From Candidatus Bruticola sp. (GTDB taxonomy: Bacteria; Vulcanimicrobiota; Xenobia; Xenobiales; Xenobiaceae), in contig JBJEGD010000026.1 of assembly GCA_051874735.1 (NCBI GenBank), positions 128,001 to 192,000 of the forward strand: a stretch of DNA of 64,000 nucleotides, in the 5' to 3' direction. Of this stretch, positions 18,401-26,762 are shown piece after piece; the first letter of the stretch is position 1, and the number at the start of each line of letters is the position of its first letter. The translations under genes and the position numbers were made by a program. The notes beneath the pieces are model-generated. The model did no database searches and was not told the DNA's origin. It saw only the letters and a list, made by a program, of their open reading frames with translations.

Positions 18401-18798
18401 TAGTCTTATCTGTAGATCCGGGCAGCAAAAAATGTGGAATAGCTGTTGTGTCTTCTCGTGATGGGGTACTTGAACATACAGTAGTGGCTGTAGGAGCACT
18501 GAGTGAATCTTGTGCCGAATTGGGTACCCGTTACCAGTTCGATCATATCATTGTTGGTGGTAGTACTGGTTCGTCTAATACTGTATCGGTTTTAAAGCAG
18601 ACATTAAAATGTAATGTCTCTGTGGTTAATGAAGCTCACTCCACAGAAAGGGCTAAGTTGCGCTATTTTGAAGATCATCCTCCTAAAGGGCTGTGGCGTT
18701 TGATACCTTTGAGCCTGCAGGTTCCTTCCGGACTTTACGACGACTACGCGGCTATAGTTCTAGCCGAAGATTTTATCGCTTCTAATGGCGCTGGTTGA
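18397..18798 (+). CDS. yqgF: YqgF/RuvX-family RNase H-fold nuclease
   Basis: LSVDPG..KCGIAV, VNEAHST..A, DDYAA; 4-nt overlap with the upstream gene. Confidence 0.8.
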   Translation: MIVLSVDPGSKKCGIAVVSSRDGVLEHTVVAVGALSESCAELGTRYQFDHIIVGGSTGSSNTVSVLKQTLKCNVSVVNEAHSTERAKLRYFEDHPPKGLWRLIPLSLQVPSGLYDDYAAIVLAEDFIASNGAG

Positions 18799-18864
18799 TA
18801 TCTTATTTTAGAACAAAAAACGAATTGAAACTTTTCGCTTGCGGAGAGGGCGGAGTTTTTTTTA

Positions 18865-20937
18865 GTGTACAGAGGTGCTAAAGTGCATTTTAAAGAGAAA
18901 AATACGGGGTACAGTTTCTCATTTGGTTCAAAGTTTGGCAGAAGAGTGGCGTTTTTTTGTTCTCTTTTAGCCTTAGGAGGGACAGCGCAGGCTCAATCTG
19001 TCAATCCTTCCATTGATAATACCGCTAGTCCAAATTTTTATCGTCAACAATCGGCGGTTTACGAGAAATGTGATGAACTTTTGGCCTCTGCTGAACAGCC
19101 GGAAATACAGTTGCGTGTTAATAAGAAAAACACACCTGCCGCTGTGGGAACCCCTGAATACAATTATCAGCTGGCTAAGAAGTATTACGATGAAAAAGTT
19201 TATTATAAAGCTATTAAATTCTTTACTCAGGCGGCCGAAGGCGGTCATATTGAAGCACAGAGTTTCTTAGGAAGATGCTATTATGAAGGCAGTGGGGTTG
19301 AACGCGATTACTATAAAGCTGCAGAATGGCTTTCTAAAGCTGCCGATCAAGATGAACACCTTGCTCAGTACTACATGGGTATGTGCTACGAAAGTGGTTT
19401 AGGGGTAGAACAAAGTTTCGATTCTGCAGTTAGTTATTATGAGAGAGCGGCGTTCGGCGGTGTCCCTGAAGCTCAAAATGCTTTGGGGCGCTACTATTAC
19501 TTTGGCCGGTGGGTAGATCGCGATTATCATCAGGCTGCTGAGTGGTTTTTGAGAGCTGCAAATCAGAAGCTTCCCAATGCCATGTATAATTTAGGGGTTT
19601 GCTACGATTTAGGGCAGGGAGTAGAAAAAGACCCGCAAAAAGCTGTCGATCTTTATTTTAGAGCAGCCAACGCTGGTGAGGCCAGTGCGCAGTGCAATTT
19701 GGGCATGTGCTATAGCTCCGGATCGGGCGTAGAGAAAAATTTAAATAAGGCTTTTTTATGGTATCAGCGAGCAGCCGCTAGTGGCAATATTAAGGCTCAA
19801 AATAATTTGGGAGTATGCTACAAAAACGGTGAAGGCGTGCAGCGTAATCCGCGCGAAGCTGCCCGCCTTTTTATAGCTGCTGCTGATCAAGGTTTGGCTG
19901 GAGCTCAATATAATGCTGGTTGGTCTTATTTAAATGGTTTCGGCGTCGGACGCGATTACAAAAAGGCTTTTGAGTATTTCTCGAATGCTGCAGCTCAAAA
20001 TTATCCTAAAGCTCAGCTTCAATTAGCTAACCTTTATTATAAAGGTTGCGGTACTGAACAAGATTATACTGAGGCTGTTCGGTGGTATACTATGGCTGCT
20101 AATCACGGTATACCCTCTGCTAAGTACTATTTAGCACGTTGCTATGCTCTAGGTCAGGGTGGGACCAAAGATTTAGGTAAGGCTGTTGAATTTTACACTG
20201 AAGCTGCTGAGGGAGGCGATGGGGAAGCGCAAACTCAGTTGGGACTCTGCTACAGAAACGGCATTGTCGTATCCCAGGATTACGCTGAAGCTGCCAAATT
20301 GTTTGAGAAAGCTGCTGCCCAAAATATACCTGAAGCTCAGGCTTATTTGGGAGTAGCCTATCTTTTGGGAGAAGGTATTCAAGCCGATTATCAAGAGGCT
20401 TATAAACTTTTATCTAAAGCGGCTGACAGAGGAAATGCTTTAGCCGACTATGCGTTGGGTTGCATGTTCTATGAAGGGTTGGGAGTGCAGAAAAACTTTA
20501 GTAGAAGCATAAGTCATTGGAACAATGTGGCTCGCAGCGGTTATGCAGAAGCACAAAATAATTTAGGATACTGCTACTATTACGGACGGGCAAGCGAACA
20601 GAACGAGCAAAAGGCCCTGAAGTGGTGGCGTCGGGCAGCTGATCAAGGCTGGGCTAATGCTGAAAATGCCTTAGGTGTGGCTTATTTTACTGGAATAGTA
20701 GTAAACGTAAATTATCCGATTGCTCAGGAGTGGTTTAAAAAAGCGGCAGAGCACGGCGATCCTGAGGGAGAGAAGAATTTCGCCATAATGCAGGGGGCCG
20801 ATTTAGAGACGATGCCTACATTGACAGATCTTGTAAATCTGAAGTTCGATTATAGGCCTGCTTCCGAAATCGAAAAGTTTATTAAGACATATGAGGAACG
20901 GGTGAAAACAACGGAACAGACTGGAGAATCAAGTTAA
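18865..20937 (+). CDS. exported Sel1-repeat protein, about 15 repeats
   Basis: Repeated AQ.NLG.CY..G.GV..D..KA..W...AA.QG; signal-like LLALGGTAQA; exact start uncertain. Confidence 0.93.
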   Translation: MYRGAKVHFKEKNTGYSFSFGSKFGRRVAFFCSLLALGGTAQAQSVNPSIDNTASPNFYRQQSAVYEKCDELLASAEQPEIQLRVNKKNTPAAVGTPEYNYQLAKKYYDEKVYYKAIKFFTQAAEGGHIEAQSFLGRCYYEGSGVERDYYKAAEWLSKAADQDEHLAQYYMGMCYESGLGVEQSFDSAVSYYERAAFGGVPEAQNALGRYYYFGRWVDRDYHQAAEWFLRAANQKLPNAMYNLGVCYDLGQGVEKDPQKAVDLYFRAANAGEASAQCNLGMCYSSGSGVEKNLNKAFLWYQRAAASGNIKAQNNLGVCYKNGEGVQRNPREAARLFIAAADQGLAGAQYNAGWSYLNGFGVGRDYKKAFEYFSNAAAQNYPKAQLQLANLYYKGCGTEQDYTEAVRWYTMAANHGIPSAKYYLARCYALGQGGTKDLGKAVEFYTEAAEGGDGEAQTQLGLCYRNGIVVSQDYAEAAKLFEKAAAQNIPEAQAYLGVAYLLGEGIQADYQEAYKLLSKAADRGNALADYALGCMFYEGLGVQKNFSRSISHWNNVARSGYAEAQNNLGYCYYYGRASEQNEQKALKWWRRAADQGWANAENALGVAYFTGIVVNVNYPIAQEWFKKAAEHGDPEGEKNFAIMQGADLETMPTLTDLVNLKFDYRPASEIEKFIKTYEERVKTTEQTGESS

Positions 20938-20942
20938 AATTC

Positions 20943-21515
20943 ATGGAACACGACTTAAGTTTATCTGAATTTGAAAAGATGCGTTTAGGATTGGTTTACG
21001 ATCCCTACGATGCCGATTTATTGCGCCGTCGTCAGCGTGCTCTCAGCTTAACTGAGCGTTTCAATGCGCTATCTCCTTTCAGCAGCAAAGATAGAGAGTT
21101 GATAGCTGCTGAGCTGTTTTCATCTATAGGAACGGAAACGTGTATTATGCCTCACTTCCATTGTGATTACGGAGAAAACATATGTTTAGGAAGCCGGTGC
21201 TATATTAATTACAATTGTGTTATGCTGGACTGTGCACCGATTTCCATAGGTGACAGTGTACTGATAGGCCCCGGGTGTGGATTGTATACGGCTGCTCATC
21301 CTTTAGAAAGCGAGTTGCGCCTTCAGGGAATTGAAACTGCTAGAGGCATCAGTATCGGCAATGGTGTGTGGCTGGGAGGAAACGTCACAGTGCTGCCTGG
21401 GGTGTCTATTGGAGAGTATTCTGTAATCGGCGCCGGGAGTGTGGTTACTAAAGATATCCCGCCTCATAGTTTAGCTTACGGAAATCCGTGTCGGGTGGTG
21501 AAAAATATACCTTAG
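20943..21515 (+). CDS. maltose/galactoside O-acetyltransferase family protein
   Basis: EFEKM..G..Y, CDYG.NI, H.L....R, IG.GVWLGG, IGAGSVVTKDIP, GNPCRV. Confidence 0.92.
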   Translation: MEHDLSLSEFEKMRLGLVYDPYDADLLRRRQRALSLTERFNALSPFSSKDRELIAAELFSSIGTETCIMPHFHCDYGENICLGSRCYINYNCVMLDCAPISIGDSVLIGPGCGLYTAAHPLESELRLQGIETARGISIGNGVWLGGNVTVLPGVSIGEYSVIGAGSVVTKDIPPHSLAYGNPCRVVKNIP

Positions 21516-21609
21516 CCCGTCCTTACACTACATTTTGTATATATATTTACTAAAGCCGCATTGTGTAATATGCGGCTCAATTTTTTTGTTTGAGAGAATG
21601 TAATTTATT

Positions 21610-22320
21610 ATGCTGGTTGGTTCAATTACAAATGCTATTTCCGTTATTGTAGGATCCACCTTGGGATTGCTTTTTAGTAGAGGTATACCTAAACATTTTA
21701 ATAAAACTATTATGGGCGGATTGGGATTATGTTTGCTATACATAGGTATAAGCGGTTTAAGTTCAGGTAAACAGCCTCTGCTTATTATTATGTCCGTAGT
21801 TTTGGGAACTTTGACAGGGGAGGCTTTGCGTTTAAATGCACGATTAGAAAAGCTAGGAACTTTAATCGGACGTAAATTTGCTAAAAGCAGCGGGGAAGGG
21901 CGCAATTTCTCTCAAGGATTCATATCCGCTTCTTTATTTTATTGTATAGGATCGATGGCTTTTATGGGGGCCCTGCAGGACGGATTATGCGGCGATCATA
22001 AAATACTGTTCGCAAAATCGGCTATCGACGTTACTTCTTCTGTATTTTTTGCTTCTAGTATGGGAGCGGGAGTGGCTTTATCTGCCTTGCCTATTTTTCT
22101 GGTTGAGGGAGGAATCGCTGCCGGCGCAAGATTGGCAGCTCCATTTTTAACCACTGCAGCTATCGGAGAATTAAATTGTGTAGGATCGGTAATAGTGATC
22201 GGTATAGGGTTAAATATGCTAGATATTACTAAGCTAAAGATGGCTAACTACATTCCCGCTGTGTTTTTTCCATTTGTACTGATGCCTATTTTCAATTATG
22301 TTTCTACTCTGTTCCAATAA
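21610..22320 (+). CDS. DUF554-family membrane protein
   Basis: GSITNA..V..G, F..ASL.YCIGSM, G..GD..IL.AKS.ID, IG.GL..L, N..PA. Confidence 0.88.
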   Translation: MLVGSITNAISVIVGSTLGLLFSRGIPKHFNKTIMGGLGLCLLYIGISGLSSGKQPLLIIMSVVLGTLTGEALRLNARLEKLGTLIGRKFAKSSGEGRNFSQGFISASLFYCIGSMAFMGALQDGLCGDHKILFAKSAIDVTSSVFFASSMGAGVALSALPIFLVEGGIAAGARLAAPFLTTAAIGELNCVGSVIVIGIGLNMLDITKLKMANYIPAVFFPFVLMPIFNYVSTLFQ

Positions 22321-22321
22321 A

Positions 22322-22369
22322 AAAGGGAAGGAACTAAAATCCTTTTTTTTTGATTAGTTTTCCTTCTTT
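22322..22369 (+). terminator. hairpin after the DUF554 gene
   Basis: aagggaaggaactaa ... ttagttttccttcttt imperfect inverted repeat. Confidence 0.5.
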
Positions 22370-22372
22370 AGG

Positions 22373-22401
22373 TTGACTTCTGACTGGACTGTGGTGATAA
22401 T
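22373..22401 (+). promoter_or_regulatory. sigma70-type promoter
   Basis: TTGACT-17 bp-GATAAT, with TG at the extended -10 position. Confidence 0.65.
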
Positions 22402-22530
22402 TGAAGCAAGGAATTAGAAGGGTTGGCGGAACTCAATCGAGTGTTGAAGCCAACTCGGAGGTGGCTGCGCTGCTTAGTGAGTCGCTGTAAGGGTGGCGTT
22501 GGCTTAAGTCTTCAGATGGTTGAGGGTCAG

Positions 22531-23628
22531 ATGATTTCACAGCAAGTTAATAATGGTATTAGTATTCAGTCCCTGCAGAGTGGGCAGGTTTCTTTCCAGG
22601 GAAAAACTGGAGTAACTCAGGCTTTGTCCGGTATCAGCAAGGGGTTGGTAGGTGCAGAGTCTGCATCAGCTTCTACCGGATCTAATTCCAGCGCCAGTTT
22701 AGAGGCCACAAGTAGTGTATCTAACTTGCTTGGAGTGAATTCTTCCGATACGGCTTCTTCTACTGACAACATAACTAGAGCTAATGAGAACAGGCAGGCT
22801 AACAGTTTTAATCCGTTAGATCCAGAAGGCAATGCCAATCGTGATATCGACGGTAGTTTCAGCGGTATTTCCGACTATTCTAGAGATTGGTTAGAGAGCG
22901 TGTTCAGCGTCTATCGCGATGAAAACAGCGGCCAGTCAGTAGCGCTTCAGAATTATTTAAACAGTTGCAACAGCGTTTTGAGCGATTTCGTGCCTACGAA
23001 GGTCGATCTGTTCTCCCAGCAGTATCAGAATTTGACTGGTATCAAACCTGGAAACGGCTTCGATCCTAGTGTTTCGTCGCAGAGTTGTCCTATGTGTGGA
23101 AGCTCCTTATCTAATTCTAAGCCCGGTTCGGTAGCCTACTTCCAGTCTACCGCTCCCACTTTTAGCAATGTAGAAATGTTTTTACCTCCTGCGGGTAGTT
23201 TCGGCTCTAAGAATATCGTGAATGGCGATTTGGATGTTTTTGGAGCTAATTCTATCGCTTATGAGGGGTTGGCTTCCCTCTATCAGAACAGTTTTACTAA
23301 TATAAATAATCAAAGTGGCGGCGTATCAGAAAGCATTCCTGGTTTCGATGCATCTGCTTATATGCAGCAGATTCAAGATATGTACGGTGAGGGGTATACC
23401 TCTATGGCCTCCGATTATATGGAGGCTTGCGGTTTGAGCAGTATTTCAACTGACGACATCAACGCTTATATGCAAGAGGTTCGAACTGCAGCTATGTCTA
23501 CTAGTCAGCTGGTTGAGAAGTATAATGCTCAGATGACCGACGGTATACTTTCCGACTCTGAGCTGCAGGCCATGTATGAAAAGGCTGTTTCCGCCAACGG
23601 TGTCTTTGCTAGTTCGTTCTTAGCCTAG
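22531..23628 (+). CDS. hypothetical Ser/Gln/Asn-rich protein with one CxxC
   Basis: Long ORF; ATG 22531 preceded by GAGGG; CPMCG; no signal peptide or TM seen; own promoter and terminator. Confidence 0.8.
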   Translation: MISQQVNNGISIQSLQSGQVSFQGKTGVTQALSGISKGLVGAESASASTGSNSSASLEATSSVSNLLGVNSSDTASSTDNITRANENRQANSFNPLDPEGNANRDIDGSFSGISDYSRDWLESVFSVYRDENSGQSVALQNYLNSCNSVLSDFVPTKVDLFSQQYQNLTGIKPGNGFDPSVSSQSCPMCGSSLSNSKPGSVAYFQSTAPTFSNVEMFLPPAGSFGSKNIVNGDLDVFGANSIAYEGLASLYQNSFTNINNQSGGVSESIPGFDASAYMQQIQDMYGEGYTSMASDYMEACGLSSISTDDINAYMQEVRTAAMSTSQLVEKYNAQMTDGILSDSELQAMYEKAVSANGVFASSFLA

Positions 23629-23670
23629 TTTATTGTAATATTAACTCTGAGCATAGTTCAGATTCATGAT

Positions 23671-23722
23671 GGCCCGTCTAACCACTAGGCAGTATTCACC
23701 TACAAAAGACGGGCCGTTTTTT
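23671..23722 (+). terminator. intrinsic terminator
   Basis: ggcccgtct ... agacgggcc followed by GTTTTTT. Confidence 0.65.
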
Positions 23723-23737
23723 GTGCTCTGCCAAAAT

Positions 23738-24418
23738 TTATTGGTTGTTATTGGGAGATTCAAATTTTAAGCAGCACATAAGGCGTCCGCAGGCTCCAGA
23801 TACTTTACCCGGCGCAAGAGGCATCTTTTGATTTTTAGCCATTTTTATTGAGACTGAAGAAAAATCGCGCAGCCAGGATGAACAGCACAAACGACGACAG
23901 CATACCCCGCGTCCCCCTACTAAAATAGCCCTGTCTCGCGGACCTATCTGGCGCAATTCGACTCTTTTTTTTAATCGGGCTGCTAAATCATGGACTAAAA
24001 CTCGGAAATCTATCCTTTGCTCTGCGTAAAATTCTATAATTATGCGAGTTCCGTCTAAGGTAATGTAAGCAGATAAAATATTCATAGGCAGATTGTGGTA
24101 AATAACTCTAGCTTTAATAATTTTTAAAGCCTGAGCTGCCTGCAGTTCTTGTTCTTTAGCTAAAACTATGTTTTCTTTGGAAGCTGCTCCAATTATGAGG
24201 CTGGGAGTGCTATGTTTATTTGTGTTGCTCAGTGTTTCTACTTTATTGGGCGAACTGTTAGCATAAACTGGCGGAGCAGCAGAAATTGTGCCTAGTTCTT
24301 TACCACGAGCACTTTCTGTGACAACTTTTTGATTTGGTTGGTAATCAGCCCCATCTATAGCTTCGAAAAAAGTCGGAGCTTTTATGGCAGGTAAAATAAC
24401 TTCATAATATTTTTTCAT
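23738..24418 (-). CDS. PSP1-domain protein (RicT/YaaT-like)
   Basis: F.AE.RIDFR.LV..LA, RVELRQIGPRD, G.CCR.LCC, VSIKMAK.Q, SGACGRLMCCL. Confidence 0.92.
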   Translation of the reverse strand: MKKYYEVILPAIKAPTFFEAIDGADYQPNQKVVTESARGKELGTISAAPPVYANSSPNKVETLSNTNKHSTPSLIIGAASKENIVLAKEQELQAAQALKIIKARVIYHNLPMNILSAYITLDGTRIIIEFYAEQRIDFRVLVHDLAARLKKRVELRQIGPRDRAILVGGRGVCCRRLCCSSWLRDFSSVSIKMAKNQKMPLAPGKVSGACGRLMCCLKFESPNNNQ

Positions 24419-24662
24419 AGTCAGAACTTTCGTTAAGCTTCTTATTAATTTCTGCTGTCAGCCGACAGGGGCGGTGACTAAAAATAATATATTCACTTTT
24501 TTAAGTTACAGCTAATTATATTATACAATTCTTCCGTTTTCGTGTTTCAGGTAGCCGCTGATAGTTAAAGTTTTTGCCTTAGGGCAGGGCCGCAGGGAGA
24601 GTAAGCTAGAACTATAAGCGCTGCTGAAAAATTGTTAGTATATTTGACGGAGGTTATATTTT

Positions 24663-26636
24663 ATGAGCAAGTATGCTACTTACGCTGCTATTGCTTTGGT
24701 TTTAGCTTTAGGAACTCCCTGCTTTTCTGCTCCCGATACTTCCAGTCGTGCGAAAAAAGTTGGCCAGATTAGCACTGATGCTTTTGTGCCCGATTCCAAT
24801 ATGTCCCGCAATCAAATTCCCGATCGTTACAAATGGAATTTGTCCGCTCTTTTTAAAAATGAGGCTGATTTTGAGGAGGCCTTAATAAAAACTAAAGAGG
24901 GAATAGAGTCTATAGCTTCTTATCGCGGTAAGCTGAGCAACAGCGATGCTCTATATAGCTGTATGCAAGCCTATTTCGATACGCGTCGTCTAGCCAATAG
25001 CGTAACTTTATATAGCAATTTGCGTTTAACTACCGATTTGCGCAACGCTCAGCTGCAGGATATGGATGCTAGAGCCCAGGCGGTGATGCGCAGTTTTATG
25101 GCTAATACAGCTTTTATTCGCGATGAACTTCTGAAAATAGATGATAAAGTAATTAAACAGGCCGTAGCTGATCATGCTTCTATGCAGGAATTTCTTCCTT
25201 GGATTCAAGGAGTACGCCGTCGTCAGGCTCACATTCTTTCTCCTGAAGAAGAGCGCATTCTCTCCTTAGCTGGGGATAACCAACTGGCTGAAATTGACTT
25301 AAATGAACTTCCTTCTGATTTCGAAAAAGCTTTTCAATCGCTTTATTCCGATATAAAGCTTCCGGTTATTCAAGATGAAAATGGCCAAGATGTACAGCTA
25401 ACCTTTTCTAATTACGGTAAGTACAGAGCTAGTAAAGATCGCCGAGTTCGCCAGGATACTGTTGAAAAGTTCTTTGCCGCTCTCAATGATTATCGCAATA
25501 CTTTTGCGTCTCTTATGTCCGGTCAGGTTCGCTTCTCATCCTTCTTGGCTCAGTCCCGCGGTTACGATTCTGCTTTGCAGGCTTACTTAGATAAAGATAA
25601 CATCCCGGAGCAAGTTTACCGCAATGTTGTGGATACCGTCAAAAATAATACAGAACCGCTGCATCGTTATATAGCACTGCGCAAGAAGGTTATGGGACTT
25701 CAGGACATACATCTTTACGATCTTTACACTCCCTTAGTTCCGACTGTGAGTCGCGATATCTCCTACGAAGAAGCCTGTCAGATTATTCCAAAAGCTTTGG
25801 CTCCTCTAGGTGAAGAGTATGTAAAATCGCTTACTTATGGTCTCGATTTGAAAAATGGTTGGGTTGACGTCTATCCTCATGCTGATAAAGACAGCGGGGC
25901 CAGCTGCGCCAGTATTTACGGCTGTCATCCTTTTGTAAAGCTCAACTACATGAATTCTTTTAATGATATGTCTACGGTGGCCCATGAGTTCGGCCACGCT
26001 ATGCACAGTAATCTTAACTACGCTAAGCAGAATTATAGTAATTCCGGATACGTGCCATTTGTAGCGGAAGTAGCTTCTACTTGCAATGAAAAGTTCTTAT
26101 CCGATTATCTTATAGCCAATGCTAAAGATGATGCTGAGCGTCTTTATTTGATCAATGAAATGCTCGATGCTATCAGGTCTACAATTTATCGCCAGGCTTT
26201 GTTCGCCGATTTTGAAATGCGTATCCACGAAGCTAGTGAAAAAGGACAGACTCTGACGGCTGACTTCCTCAATAAAACTTATGCTGATTTAATTCGGGAG
26301 TATTATGGGCCGGAGTTCACTATCGATGCTAATGACGGCATTGAGTGGGCTTACATTCCTCATCTTTATTACAAATTCTATGTATTCTCTTATGCTGCCG
26401 GTATGTCAAGTGGCATTGCTATTGCTGACAGGGTACATAATGAGGGGGCTCCTGCTCGCCAGGCTTACTTAGATATGCTCTCTAGTAGTTCTTCTACTCC
26501 TCCAGTTGAAATATTGAAGATAGCTGGTGTCGATCTCACTAAACCTGATGCTGTGAAATCAGCTGCCCAATTAATGGATAAACTTTTAGATGAGATGGAA
26601 GCTATTTTAATTAAGCAACATAAAATTGAAAAATAA
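24663..26636 (+). CDS. pepF: oligoendopeptidase F (M3B) with N-terminal signal peptide
   Basis: R.QIPDRYKWNL, WVDVY....K.SGA, AHEFGH, FVAEVAST.NE, YRQ..FA.FE, WAYIPH.Y; GGAGG RBS. Confidence 0.94.
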   Translation: MSKYATYAAIALVLALGTPCFSAPDTSSRAKKVGQISTDAFVPDSNMSRNQIPDRYKWNLSALFKNEADFEEALIKTKEGIESIASYRGKLSNSDALYSCMQAYFDTRRLANSVTLYSNLRLTTDLRNAQLQDMDARAQAVMRSFMANTAFIRDELLKIDDKVIKQAVADHASMQEFLPWIQGVRRRQAHILSPEEERILSLAGDNQLAEIDLNELPSDFEKAFQSLYSDIKLPVIQDENGQDVQLTFSNYGKYRASKDRRVRQDTVEKFFAALNDYRNTFASLMSGQVRFSSFLAQSRGYDSALQAYLDKDNIPEQVYRNVVDTVKNNTEPLHRYIALRKKVMGLQDIHLYDLYTPLVPTVSRDISYEEACQIIPKALAPLGEEYVKSLTYGLDLKNGWVDVYPHADKDSGASCASIYGCHPFVKLNYMNSFNDMSTVAHEFGHAMHSNLNYAKQNYSNSGYVPFVAEVASTCNEKFLSDYLIANAKDDAERLYLINEMLDAIRSTIYRQALFADFEMRIHEASEKGQTLTADFLNKTYADLIREYYGPEFTIDANDGIEWAYIPHLYYKFYVFSYAAGMSSGIAIADRVHNEGAPARQAYLDMLSSSSSTPPVEILKIAGVDLTKPDAVKSAAQLMDKLLDEMEAILIKQHKIEK

Positions 26637-26661
26637 GTTTCTTTTTAGAAATTTTTAAAGC

Positions 26662-26697
26662 ATAAACGGCTAGCTCGGCGGGCTAGCCGTTTATTTT
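26662..26697. terminator. intrinsic terminator after pepF
   Basis: ataaacggctagc ... gctagccgtttat followed by TTT. Confidence 0.8.
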
Positions 26698-26762
26698 GAT
26701 TTTAGGTAGAGCTGACCATCAGCAGAAAGAAGATCGAGCACCGTTGAGAGGCGACTTAAGAT

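Noticed and set aside
22423-22530. Upstream TTG start of the 401-aa ORF
   Set aside because: ATG 22531 has an RBS and the extension differs in composition; treated as leader
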